A DNA stretch of 64,000 nt from an uncultured Verrucomicrobiae bacterium (GTDB taxonomy: Bacteria > Verrucomicrobiota > Verrucomicrobiia > Limisphaerales > Palsa-1400). The notes under the pieces were generated by a model. It had not been told where the DNA came from. It ran no database searches and was given only the letters and a program-made list of their open reading frames with translations. Position numbers and translations under genes: made by a program. The stretch is from NCBI GenBank assembly GCA_963707025.1, contig CAVPOM010000006.1, forward strand, positions 384,001 through 448,000, in the 5' to 3' direction. Each line of letters starts with the position of its first letter. Position 1 is the first letter of the stretch. This document shows positions 51,028 to 60,324 of this stretch, in pieces.

Positions 51028-51195
51028 TTCCCTTCAAATCTTCCCGAATCAAGCGCGGATGCGCCCCCGGCAGCAAGATGGTTCTCACTTTTTAAACCGG
51101 TTGACAGCGGCAGGTTTTCCGGCAGGCTGTGCTCACACTCCGCCAATCGGGCAGCGAATTTGCAGGAGCGAAGAGAAAACAAGAAAGGTTGAAAA

Positions 51196-53329
51196 GTGAG
51201 AACTGAATCTTGCCTGAAACGGCGTCCGCTGCTGCCGCTGGCCACCGCGCTCCTCGCCTCCGCGGTCTCGCTGGCCGGCGCGGCTCCTGCGGCCCACCCC
51301 AATGTCATTTTTATTTTGACGGATGATCTGGGGTGGGGTGACGTTGGCGTGTTCTTTCAGAAGAGCCGCCAGATGGCCAACGTGCGGAGCAAGCCCTGGC
51401 AATTGACGCCCAACCTGGACCAACGCGCCGCGGAAGGCGCGCTGCTTCACGACCATTATTGCCCGGTGCCCGTCTGTGCTCCTTCGCGCGCCTCCCTCCT
51501 GCTCGGCGTCAGCCAGGGGCATGCCAATGTGCGCGACAACCAGTTCGACAAATCGCTGGAGAACAATCACACCCTGGCCACCGTGCTGCGCCAGGCCGGG
51601 CTACACGACCATTGCCGTCGGCAAGTGGGGATTGCAGGGGGAAGGTCCGGGCTTGGACAGCCCGGCCACTTGGCCGGCCTTTCCTACCAAACGCGGCTTT
51701 GACAATTTTTTTGGTTACGCCCGCCACGCGGATGGCCATGAGCACTACCCCAAGGAAGCGCCTTACACCCAAGGCAGGATACCCAAGCAAGTCTGGGATG
51801 GCACAAACGATCTGACGCCGCAATTGGACAAGTGTTACACATGCGACTTGTGGACGGCGTGGGCCAAGCACTGGATCGCGGACCATCAACGAACCAATTC
51901 CGCCCAGCCGTTCTTCATCTATCTGGCTTACGACACGCCGCACGCCGTCCAGGAACTGCCCACCCAGCCCTATCCAGCCGGCGGCGGTCTTCACGGCGGC
52001 CTGCAATGGTTGGGGACTCCAGGCCATGTCATCAACACCGCTTCCGGCACGGTGGATTCGTGGATTCATCCTGACTATCGCTCCGCCACTTTCGATGATG
52101 ACAACAACCCGGCCACTCCCGAAGTGCCCTGGCCGGACGTTTACAAACGCTACGCCACCGCCATTCGCCGCCTGGATGATGCCGTGGGCGACCTGAAAAA
52201 GTTGCTGCACGACCTCAAGATTGACCAGGACACGCTGGTGGTTTTCTCCTCAAACAACGGTCCGAGCATCGAATCCTACGTTCCGCGCGAACCGTTGCGC
52301 GCGGATTTCTTCGGCAGCTATGGGCCTTTCGACGGGATCAAGCGGGATTGCTGGGAAGGCGGCCTGCGCGTGCCAACGCTGGCCTGGTGGCCGGGGCACA
52401 TCCCCGCCGGACGGGTGGTCAACCGTCCGAGCATCTCTTACGACTGGCTGCGCACTTTCGCCGACGTGGCGGGAGTGCCCGCGCCGGCGCGGGCCGACGG
52501 CGTTTCGCTGCTTCCCGAACTGACAGGCTGGGGAGTCCAGCGCGACCGGGGCTACATTTACGTTGAGTATTATGAGCCGGGCAGGACCCCGGACTATAAG
52601 GATTTCGCGCCGAGCCATCGCGGGCGCCAGCGCAACCAAATGCAACTTATCCGCATGGGTGATTTTTTGGGCGTGCGCTACAACATCAAATCGCAGGCCG
52701 ATCCTTTTGAAATCTATAATGCGACTTTGGATACCCATGAAACGAACGATCTCGCGCCCGCGATGCCCGACTTGCAACAGCGCATGAAAGCCGCGACCCT
52801 GCAAGTGCGCCGTCCGAATACCAGCGCGCTGCGCCCGTACGACAATGAATGGATTCCCGCGCTGGCAGCCATGCCCGTCTCCAGCGGCGTCGAGTGGAAA
52901 GCTTTTGAAGGCGACTATCCGTGGGTGCCGGATTTTGAGACTCTTCAACCGGCGGCCGGCGGCACGGCGGAGCGGCCGGACCTGGCCAAGCGCACCCGCG
53001 ACAACAACATCGGCCTGTTGTTCTCCGGTTGTCTGCGCATTCCCAAGGACGGCGACTACACATTTTATCTCGAAGCCGACAGCGGCGCTTTGCTGCGCAT
53101 CCACGACGCCACAGTGATTGACGCCGACTTCGGCTACGTTGCCGGCCAGGAAGCCAGCGGCGCTATCAAGCTCCAGGCCGGCCTGCATCCGTTCCGTTTG
53201 TTCTACGCCCGGCGAGCCAGCGGCCGGCCCGCCCTGCAACTATCCTGGAGCGGACCCGGCGTGGCGAAGGCACTTATTCCAAGTGGCGTCTTTCAACGCA
53301 TGGCCAATACGCAGTCCCGGCCAAAGTGA
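51196..53329 (+). CDS. Cys-type sulfatase with C-terminal PA14-like domain (one apparent frameshift near 51600)
   Basis: PNVIFILTDDLGWGD, CAPSRASLL (CxPxR), GY.T..VGKWGL, EGGLRVP; C-terminal DNNIGLLFSG.L.IP.DGDYTF. Confidence 0.9.
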
Positions 53330-53562
53330 TTGCCCGACGATTAAGAATGGGGGCGGCGTGTTCCTTGGGGAACTTGCCGACCTTTACTTGGAGAAAGCAA
53401 TATTACGCTATATGCGCGGCTGACCTCTTTCGCTTTCCGGTGTCGTTGGGTCAATCCGGAATGGCGCTTAGTAAGGAATTCGGGTTCTTCGCTGTTTTCG
53501 GTGGATTTCTTCCGCCAGGACAACCGCTGGACGTAGCGCAGGGTGCGCTCCCGAGCATTGCT

Positions 53563-53651
53563 CCGTTACAGCCGTTACATCGTTACACCTGTTGCACCAC
53601 AAGCACTTAGGCATTTTAGAGCCGTTACACCCCCGTTACATGCCGTTACAT
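53563..53651. repeat. iteron-like cluster, 6x CGTTACA (3+3)
   Basis: Copies at 53564, 53573, 53581, 53623, 53634, 53644 around ACAAGCACTTA. Confidence 0.7.
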
Positions 53652-53968
53652 CTTCGGAGGTGTTAAAACTCCCGTGCTTTGCACAATATTATCGGTAACC
53701 CATTCCAGCGCAGCCGTTTCCATGTTGACGGCCATGCGGCGCTCGTGCGGCACGGCCTCCAGTTCAGCCCTCGCCTCACCTCCACGCCGTCGCCCGCCAT
53801 CGCGGCCAGGACCATCAGCGGCTCGAAGGTGTGGCTCGCCCCATCACCGAGGGTTTCTGTTGGCGGCCTCGGCCACAGGCGGGAAGTGCGGCTGAGGGCC
53901 GTTGGGGCGCGGTTTCTCAGGGCGCTGGCATCGCCCGTGCGTCATGGTGAGAGGGTATATTGGACCCA

Positions 53969-54036
53969 TCTATAACTCAATGATTTACAGACTGTTACGC
54001 ATTTTATTGGACAAAGCTATGGTCTGATCCCTTTGA
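53969..54036 (-). repeat. dispersed repeat, copy B (68 bp, inverted relative to copies A and C)
   Basis: Reverse complement TCAAAGGGATCAGACCATAGCTTTGTCCAATAAAATGCGTAACAGTCTGTAAATCATTGAGTTATAGA. Confidence 0.8.
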
Positions 54037-54305
54037 CAAACCACTCCGGAAGGCTGCGCCAGGAGGCGGGCCAAGCGGGCGCGGAGGCGCTTATCGCCAA
54101 AGCGCTGAGGCGGCTGGGATGGAAAGAGGACGAATTGGGCAAGCGGGCCAAAAGCGATCCGGGCAAAGTGCGGTTGGCGGCCCAATTGCGCCAGGAGACG
54201 ACCCTGACCATCGGGCAGATCGCGCAGAGGTTGCACATGGGAACCCGCAACACTTTGGCGACAAACCTGCAAGGAAGAAAAGGCACCAACGGAGGAACGG
54301 GATAG
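54037..54305 (+). pseudogene. C-terminal remnant of a probable REP-associated (HUH/Y1) transposase
   Basis: NHSGRLR...AEALI..ALRRLGW.EDEL..RAKSDP.KV.LA.QLRQETTLTI.QIAQRLHMG resembles, from recall, the C-terminal HTH of verrucomicrobial Y1 transposases; catalytic domain absent. Confidence 0.55.
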
Positions 54306-54312
54306 TGCAAAT

Positions 54313-55731
54313 ATGCGGTTTGACCCCTCCCCCCCCCGCGGCATGCTCACAACCAACGGGGCCGGCAGCACCAATTACGCGAACTACGGGTATGACCCTG
54401 TCGGGCAGCTCACCAGCGATTTGGCGGCAGAGCTGATCGGGAGCACCAACCGGATGAACGAGCAGCTTCGTTACGCCTATGACGCGGCGGGAAACCTGAA
54501 TTACCGGACGAACAACACCTTGGTGGAGAATTTCCAGGTCAACAGCGTGAACGAGTTGACGACCGGGACAAATGAGGGCAGATTGACGGTCATGGGAACG
54601 ACCTCATCCCAGGCGACCAACGTGACGGTGAACGGAACGAACGCGCTGCTCTACAGCGACGCGACGTTCGCGGCGACAAACATGCCGCTGACGACCGCCT
54701 ACACCGCCATTGCCAAAGACGCCTACGGCCGGATCAACACCAACACCGCCACGGTGAGCCTGGCGACCAACTCCTCTTTTCAATACGACCTGAACGGGTA
54801 CCTGACGAACGACGGGACGATGAGCTTTGGTTACGACGATGAGAACCAGTTGACGCAGGTGTGGGTGCCGAACCAGTGGTTTTCGCAATTCACCTACGAC
54901 GGCAAAATGCGCCGCCGCATCCGGCAGGAGTACACCTGGTCCGGTGGCTGGGTGCAGACGAACATCGTGTATTACGTCTATGACGGCAACGTGGTCATCC
55001 AGGAACGGGACATCAATAACCTGCCGACGGTCACTTACACGCGCGGAAAGGACCTGAGCGGGAGCTTGGAGGGCGCTGGCGGGATTGGCGGACTGCTGGC
55101 GAGAACAGACAATGATGCGCAACAAACGGCCTTTTATCACGCTGACGGCAATGGCAATGTAACGATGTTGGTCAACTCCTACCAAGCCGTTGTTGCGAAA
55201 TACCTGTATGATGCCTTTGGGAACACGCTGTCTTTGTCCGGTCCGGCTGCCTATGCCAACCTCTACCGCTTTTCGAGCAAGGAAGCGCATCAGAATTCGG
55301 GCTTGGTTTATTACCTATACCGGTACTATGATCCGAATTTGCAGCGATGGCCAAATAGCGAGCCGTTGGGAGATCGAGGTTGGGTGTTTCGTCTAACTGC
55401 GATTACGTCGAAACGCACACTTGATTTAATTGTGGCAAATGGTGGTTTTCTTGGAAGCATCGAAGGCTGGGGTGAAGTTGACTTATATTCATTTTCAAAG
55501 AACAACCCTGTTAACCGAATGGATTCCTTCGGGCTTTCCTCCGGGCAAAATATAGCGCGTGCCATAGCTTGTGGTGCCGCATGCAATTGGTGTTTGTTGT
55601 TACCAGGTGAACACGCCAAGTATTGGTGCGGCATTCTATGTGTCGCGCCATGCATGGAATACTGCACTGGACCTGGAAATTGTGATGGACATTACCACCC
55701 GCCGCCTCCTGGTATCTTTCATGGCAAGTAA
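54313..55731 (+). CDS. Rhs/YD-repeat protein (N-terminally truncated core) with short Cys-rich C-terminal domain
   Basis: YGYDPVGQL, YAYDAAGNL, YDDENQL, GAGGIGGLL, YDAFG, YYLYRYYDP..QRW, NNPVNRMDSFGL core end. Confidence 0.9.
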   Translation: MRFDPSPPRGMLTTNGAGSTNYANYGYDPVGQLTSDLAAELIGSTNRMNEQLRYAYDAAGNLNYRTNNTLVENFQVNSVNELTTGTNEGRLTVMGTTSSQATNVTVNGTNALLYSDATFAATNMPLTTAYTAIAKDAYGRINTNTATVSLATNSSFQYDLNGYLTNDGTMSFGYDDENQLTQVWVPNQWFSQFTYDGKMRRRIRQEYTWSGGWVQTNIVYYVYDGNVVIQERDINNLPTVTYTRGKDLSGSLEGAGGIGGLLARTDNDAQQTAFYHADGNGNVTMLVNSYQAVVAKYLYDAFGNTLSLSGPAAYANLYRFSSKEAHQNSGLVYYLYRYYDPNLQRWPNSEPLGDRGWVFRLTAITSKRTLDLIVANGGFLGSIEGWGEVDLYSFSKNNPVNRMDSFGLSSGQNIARAIACGAACNWCLLLPGEHAKYWCGILCVAPCMEYCTGPGNCDGHYHPPPPGIFHGK

Positions 55732-55802
55732 GGAACTTTAAAATCTGAGAATAAGAGCGTTTCATTCATTACAATCCGAACAATTCAATCATAATTACAG
55801 AA

Positions 55803-57253
55803 CACACCCGTCTCATAAGGGGAAAAGTCTGGTGCTGACCTGTTCATTTGCAAGGGTTTAATTGGTCTTCGGGGTAAAATGAGATTTTGATTTTTCCGAG
55901 TTTGGCTTTTGGGTGTGGTATGCGCCTGTTTGGGCGCGTGTGCTGTCCCATAGCTTTATTGGAAGCCGGGGAAATACGCCTGCTCGGGCCGCGCCAAGTG
56001 GCGAAAGCTGCCGCCTGCTGTCCCATAGCACGCCAGCAAATTGAGCAGATCATATTTCTCCCAGAGCGCCGCCCGCAAAATCGTGAACAGCCGGGTGAAG
56101 CTGTGCGCCCAGTTGGAGAGGTGACTGAGGTAGCGCAACAGCACGTAGGTCAACAGCGCCGTCCACACCTGCCAGCGCACGGCGTTGGCGTTGTGGCCCA
56201 GAAAATCCGCCAACTGCAAGGTCTGCTTGATTTGTTTGAAGAAGACTTCGATCTGCCAGCGGCAGCGGTAAAGGTCGGCCACGCTGCGCGGACTCCACTC
56301 CAGGTTGTTGGTCAGGAAGGTCATTTCCCGTTCCTCTCCATCAATCTCGACCAGCGCCACCACCCGGCGCATCAACTCCGGCGCGGGTTTGTTCTCGTTG
56401 CTCAGGACGATCACTTCGTCGCGCAAAATCTTCGGGTCTCTGGAGGCGGGCATTTTCCGCACCACCTCATAGCCCATGTTCTCCTTGGCCCGCGTCACCC
56501 AAAAGACCCCGCGCCCGTCCAAATCCCGCAAGTGGCCGAAGTCCACATAACCCTTGTCGAACAAGGCGATTTCGCCGCTCTTCAAGTCGGCGCACAGTTC
56601 CCGCGCCCGTCGGTTGTCGTGCTCGGCGGCAGTGTCCACAATGACAAAACCGGGCAAAAGATTCTGCAGATTCAACCGCATATGGGTTTTGGCGGCGGCC
56701 TTGCGCCGGCGGTGCTTGGCCCAGTCCAGGCAGTTGGCCACCAGTTCCATGGTCGTGCTATCAATCACATGGATGGGCATCTTGAAACGGAAGGCGGGGC
56801 CACGGCGCTGGCCCGCGGCAAAGCCGGGCGTCTGTGCTTTCAAATGCTCCAGGACCCGCCAGAAGAGTTGTTCGGCCATCTGGGCCGGACGCTCCCGGTT
56901 GGCGTGGGAGAGGCCGTTGCGGCTGGGGGCGCTGGCGCCGCGCAAAGTGGACAGCGGCCCGGAATGCAATTGCAGCGAGTCGCACAGATCGTTGAGTCCG
57001 ATGCAATGGGTGAGTTGCGCGTCCAGCAAACTGACCGTGTGACTCCACGGACTGAAGGTGCGCGACTTATCCAGAGCCCCGGTCTCCCGCGCTATTTTGG
57101 AGACTTCATGCGCAGGAATGAGATTGCAAATCTGGCGCAAAACGTTAAACCGGGACCGTGTTGGTTTGATTTTTTTGTTTTTCATGCCTGCCTTGTGGCA
57201 GGTTCAAATGGTCAAGCCAACACTTTTTTCCAATTTCCTGTGGGTTGGCTGTG
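55803..57253 (-). mobile_element. IS4-family insertion sequence, 1451 bp, with 9-bp target-site duplication
   Basis: ATTACAGAA at 55794-55802 and 57254-57262; imperfect TIRs CACACCCGTCTCATAAG / CACAGCCAACCCACAGG. Confidence 0.8.
55956..57185 (-). CDS. IS4-family DDE transposase (intact)
   Basis: IDSTT, FDKGY, Y-R-C-R-W-Q-I-E..FK (YREK motif). Confidence 0.93.
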   Translation of the reverse strand: MKNKKIKPTRSRFNVLRQICNLIPAHEVSKIARETGALDKSRTFSPWSHTVSLLDAQLTHCIGLNDLCDSLQLHSGPLSTLRGASAPSRNGLSHANRERPAQMAEQLFWRVLEHLKAQTPGFAAGQRRGPAFRFKMPIHVIDSTTMELVANCLDWAKHRRRKAAAKTHMRLNLQNLLPGFVIVDTAAEHDNRRARELCADLKSGEIALFDKGYVDFGHLRDLDGRGVFWVTRAKENMGYEVVRKMPASRDPKILRDEVIVLSNENKPAPELMRRVVALVEIDGEEREMTFLTNNLEWSPRSVADLYRCRWQIEVFFKQIKQTLQLADFLGHNANAVRWQVWTALLTYVLLRYLSHLSNWAHSFTRLFTILRAALWEKYDLLNLLACYGTAGGSFRHLARPEQAYFPGFQ

Positions 57254-57310
57254 ATTACAGAAGGCATGTGTGCGATTAAATATCCGATTCATTGTAATCA
57301 TATTAAAGCT

Positions 57311-57520
57311 ATGACTAAAAAACTCTTCGCTATAAGATACTGCATTTTTGTAATCTCTATTATACTCGCTTGGACTTTGTTTTCGGTAATAATTCGGCTA
57401 CAAAATCCTAAATGGCGCGATACCATTACGCTGATGCTAGTCCTTTATTGTACATACAGCACATTGGATGGCATCCTCTCGATGATCGTGAAATGGAGGG
57501 CCAAAAATGGAGCCCCATGA
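57311..57520 (+). CDS. small AT-rich two-TM protein, candidate Rhs immunity protein
   Basis: 69 aa, two hydrophobic stretches; lies about 120 bp after the Rhs stop once the IS is removed. Confidence 0.45.
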   Translation: MTKKLFAIRYCIFVISIILAWTLFSVIIRLQNPKWRDTITLMLVLYCTYSTLDGILSMIVKWRAKNGAP

Positions 57521-57989
57521 AAGGGTCACCGATAATCCACTAGGCAACCAATAGCATGGCGCGTGCCACCTATTGGAACGGTGCCAAATGAGCTTCACGT
57601 TACTTACCTGCCTCGCCTCGATGGGGAGAGTTTTCACTTATCATTCCGAACGCCTCAACACAAGTGCAAGGGGTAACCCATTAGGGCGGGTGTCAACAGG
57701 CAAAACGCTTCTGTCCCCAATTTTCTTTATTGGGTTCTTCCCGGGCCGCCAAACTCTTCTTTACAGGCCGCATCCGATCCCTTCATTTCGCTCGCGTGAT
57801 TCGGTCCGCTTCCGGTGAAGCGATCCGTTCAGTCACCCATCAGGTTCTAGCGCGGGTTTGACAGCCTGGCCTGTTTTGGCCTTTTCTCTAAAAGCTGTCT
57901 TTGTCTTTTCTTCCCTCTTGGCCTTCGCGCCCAACTCGGTTTTCCGAGTCCAGAAAACGTCCAGTGCCGGGCCGTGTTCATTCAATTTA

Positions 57990-58116
57990 TCAAAGGGGTC
58001 AGACCAGATGTTTGCCCAATAAAATGTGTAATCGCCTGTAAATCATTGGTTTATAGATTGCTCTCCGCATGAATGGCGGGCGGTCAAGGGCCTGGAGGCT
58101 TTTCGTGGCATTGTCA
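57990..58116 (+). repeat. dispersed ~127-bp repeat, copy C
   Basis: TCAAAGGGGTCAGACC...TGTAAATCATTGGTTTATAGA...TTCGTGGCATTGTCA. Confidence 0.8.
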
Positions 58117-58177
58117 TAACCATAATCGCAAACACTCAACCTCATTCCGCCCGGCGGCGAAAAGGCCTTTTCCCGAA

Positions 58178-58612
58178 TCACGCGACGCACAAATTTGCGG
58201 CCTTGGCATTGCTCACGGCAGAAAGGGGAATGCCCTGGTCGAAGGTCACCAATCGCCCCTGATGTTGTGCCGCCAGCGCCAACAAATAGAGATCGGTCAA
58301 TTGGCGCGAACTGTGGATGCGTTCCGCGGCGAAGATCTTGTCGTCACGCAGCGAAATCTCATCCGGCCAGAATTCGTGGTTGCTTTGCCCGGTGAATTTC
58401 CGCAACCGGCCAATCAAATCGCACGGCGCGAACCGCATTTTCCCGCTGTAATTCGGATTGGACATGATGCGGACGACGCCGTTTTCCGTGATCGGACAAC
58501 TGGCCCAGCCGTGTTTGGCATTCGTCGCCCACCAGTCATGAGCGCGTTCGTGAAACGCATGATCGGGGTCGAGCAACGCGATGATGACATTCACGTCCAG
58601 CAGGGCGCGCAT
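58178..58612 (-). CDS. vapC: VapC PIN-domain toxin
   Basis: LLDVNVIIAL...H..A..W, CPITENG, TDLYLLALA, LVTFD. Confidence 0.9.
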   Translation of the reverse strand: MRALLDVNVIIALLDPDHAFHERAHDWWATNAKHGWASCPITENGVVRIMSNPNYSGKMRFAPCDLIGRLRKFTGQSNHEFWPDEISLRDDKIFAAERIHSSRQLTDLYLLALAAQHQGRLVTFDQGIPLSAVSNAKAANLCVA

Positions 58613-58615
58613 CGC

Positions 58616-58855
58616 TCAGACTCCTTCCTCGTCCATCAAATTCCGAACACGTTCCAGCGTCACCACTTCGCCGCGCGAGGGCAGCAACGGCACCCCGCCG
58701 CGCGAGCCGGAAATCTTTCTTAATTTCGCGGTCGAACCGGCCAGACCGCGCCGCGCCAAAGTGGAAATGATTTGTCCCGCCGTGCCGCCGTCGCGCTGCG
58801 CCAGTTCCTTGGCCGCTTGCAGCACGTCATCTTCAATGTCTAAAGTTGTTCTCAC
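58616..58855 (-). CDS. vapB: VapB-like antitoxin
   Basis: MRTTLDIEDDVL.AAKELA...IS.LARRGL. Confidence 0.85.
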   Translation of the reverse strand: MRTTLDIEDDVLQAAKELAQRDGGTAGQIISTLARRGLAGSTAKLRKISGSRGGVPLLPSRGEVVTLERVRNLMDEEGV

Positions 58856-58862
58856 GCATCTG

Positions 58863-58891
58863 ACGCTACTGCATCACCGCATCAAAGTCAA
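58863..58891 (-). promoter_or_regulatory. promoter of vapBC with TGATGC direct repeats
   Basis: On minus strand TTGACT-17 nt-TAGCGT, GTG start 7 nt downstream. Confidence 0.5.
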
Positions 58892-58954
58892 TTCCTGCGT
58901 TTCTGCTTTCGGCATCAAGGTGAATCAAGGTATTCTTTAAGAATACGTTGTCGC

Positions 58955-60247
58955 ATGAATCCGGCTCCTGACCGCCCCGTTGACAAGCATGACGCGCCCC
59001 CGCTGATGGGGGATCGCGGGCAAAGAGGATTCCACGCCATGGCCAAGCCGGTCGGTTCCACCTGCAACCTGGATTGCACTTATTGCTATTACTTGAGCAA
59101 GGAGAATCTCTCCAAAGGCCCGGGCGCCGGACGAATGTCGGACGAGACGCTGGAGCTGTTTATCAAACAATACATCGCCGGGGTGACGGGAGACGAGGTG
59201 ATCTTTTCCTGGCAGGGCGGCGAACCCACGCTGCTGGGTCTGGAGTTCTTCCGCAAAGTGGTCGCTTTGGAGAAGAAACACGCCCGGCCGGGCCAGCGGA
59301 TTGAAAACGATTTGCAGACCAACGGAACGCTGCTCAACGCGGAGTGGTGCGAGTTCCTCAAAGCCCATCGTTTCCTGGTGGGGCTGAGCATAGATGGCCC
59401 CCGTGACATCCATGACCATTACCGGGTGACCAAGGGTGGCCGCCCCACCTTTGACCAGGTTTTTGCCGCCGCCAAACTGCTCCGGCGCCAAGGCGTGCCC
59501 TTTAACACGCTGACCTGCGTCCATCGCTTCAACGGGCGGCGCCCGGTGGATGTGTACCGCTTTCTCCGGGATGAACTCAACTCCACCTATATCCAGTTCA
59601 TTCCCATCGTCGAACACAAGAGCTTCGAGCGGACCGCGCCGCAGACCTGGAACCAGGCCGAGCTGCCCAGAGACGGTGAGCCGGAGGCGCGGCCGGGCCA
59701 TCCCAACTCGATTGTCACCGACTGGTCGGTGGATCCGGAGGACTGGGGGTATTTTCTCTGTCGTGTGTTTGACAGGTGGCTGGATCGGGACGTGGGCAAG
59801 GTGATGGTCAATCATTTTGAGACGCTGGTGGCCCAGCACCTCGGACTGCCCTCCCAAATGTGCATTTACAGCGAAGTCTGCGGCAGGGCTGTGGCGGTGG
59901 AAAATGACGGCAGCGTCTATGCCTGCGACCATTATGTTTACCCGGAGTACCGCCTGGGCAACCTCAAGTCCGAACCTCTCGGCCAGATGGTTTTCTCGCC
60001 GGGCCAGGCCCAATTCGGTCACGCCAAGAGCGCGAGCCTGCCGCGGTATTGCCGCCAGTGCGCCTACCTGACGGACTGTTGGGGGGAATGTCCGAAAAAC
60101 CGGCTCATCCGCACGCCTGAGGGCGAGCCGGGGCTGAACTACCTGTGCCGCGGGTTCAAGAAATTCTTTGGGCACGCCCTGCCTGAAGTCGAGCGCATCG
60201 CCGCCCGGTTGCGCCAGGAACCGCTCCACCCCCGCCCGCGCATGTAG
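58955..60247 (+). CDS. anaerobic sulfatase maturase (radical SAM/SPASM)
   Basis: KPVGSTCNLDCTYCYY, WQGGEPTL, QTNG, YACDHYV, C..C.....C.GECPK, NYLC. Confidence 0.92.
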   Translation: MNPAPDRPVDKHDAPPLMGDRGQRGFHAMAKPVGSTCNLDCTYCYYLSKENLSKGPGAGRMSDETLELFIKQYIAGVTGDEVIFSWQGGEPTLLGLEFFRKVVALEKKHARPGQRIENDLQTNGTLLNAEWCEFLKAHRFLVGLSIDGPRDIHDHYRVTKGGRPTFDQVFAAAKLLRRQGVPFNTLTCVHRFNGRRPVDVYRFLRDELNSTYIQFIPIVEHKSFERTAPQTWNQAELPRDGEPEARPGHPNSIVTDWSVDPEDWGYFLCRVFDRWLDRDVGKVMVNHFETLVAQHLGLPSQMCIYSEVCGRAVAVENDGSVYACDHYVYPEYRLGNLKSEPLGQMVFSPGQAQFGHAKSASLPRYCRQCAYLTDCWGECPKNRLIRTPEGEPGLNYLCRGFKKFFGHALPEVERIAARLRQEPLHPRPRM

Positions 60248-60324
60248 GCGAATTTAAGCCATTTTGAATCCGTCGCGAAGCAGGAACAGCGTTCACTTCT
60301 TTGCGCTCCTTGAGCAAGGTCCAT

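Noticed and set aside
53674..53975. Possible gene fragment left of repeat B
   Set aside because: GC-rich, but no frame gave a family I could recognise
55537..60247. Cys-rich Rhs tip as a RiPP substrate of the nearby radical SAM/SPASM enzyme
   Set aside because: The enzyme has anSME signatures, no N-terminal RRE-like extension, and a cognate sulfatase nearby; no leader peptide or transporter is present
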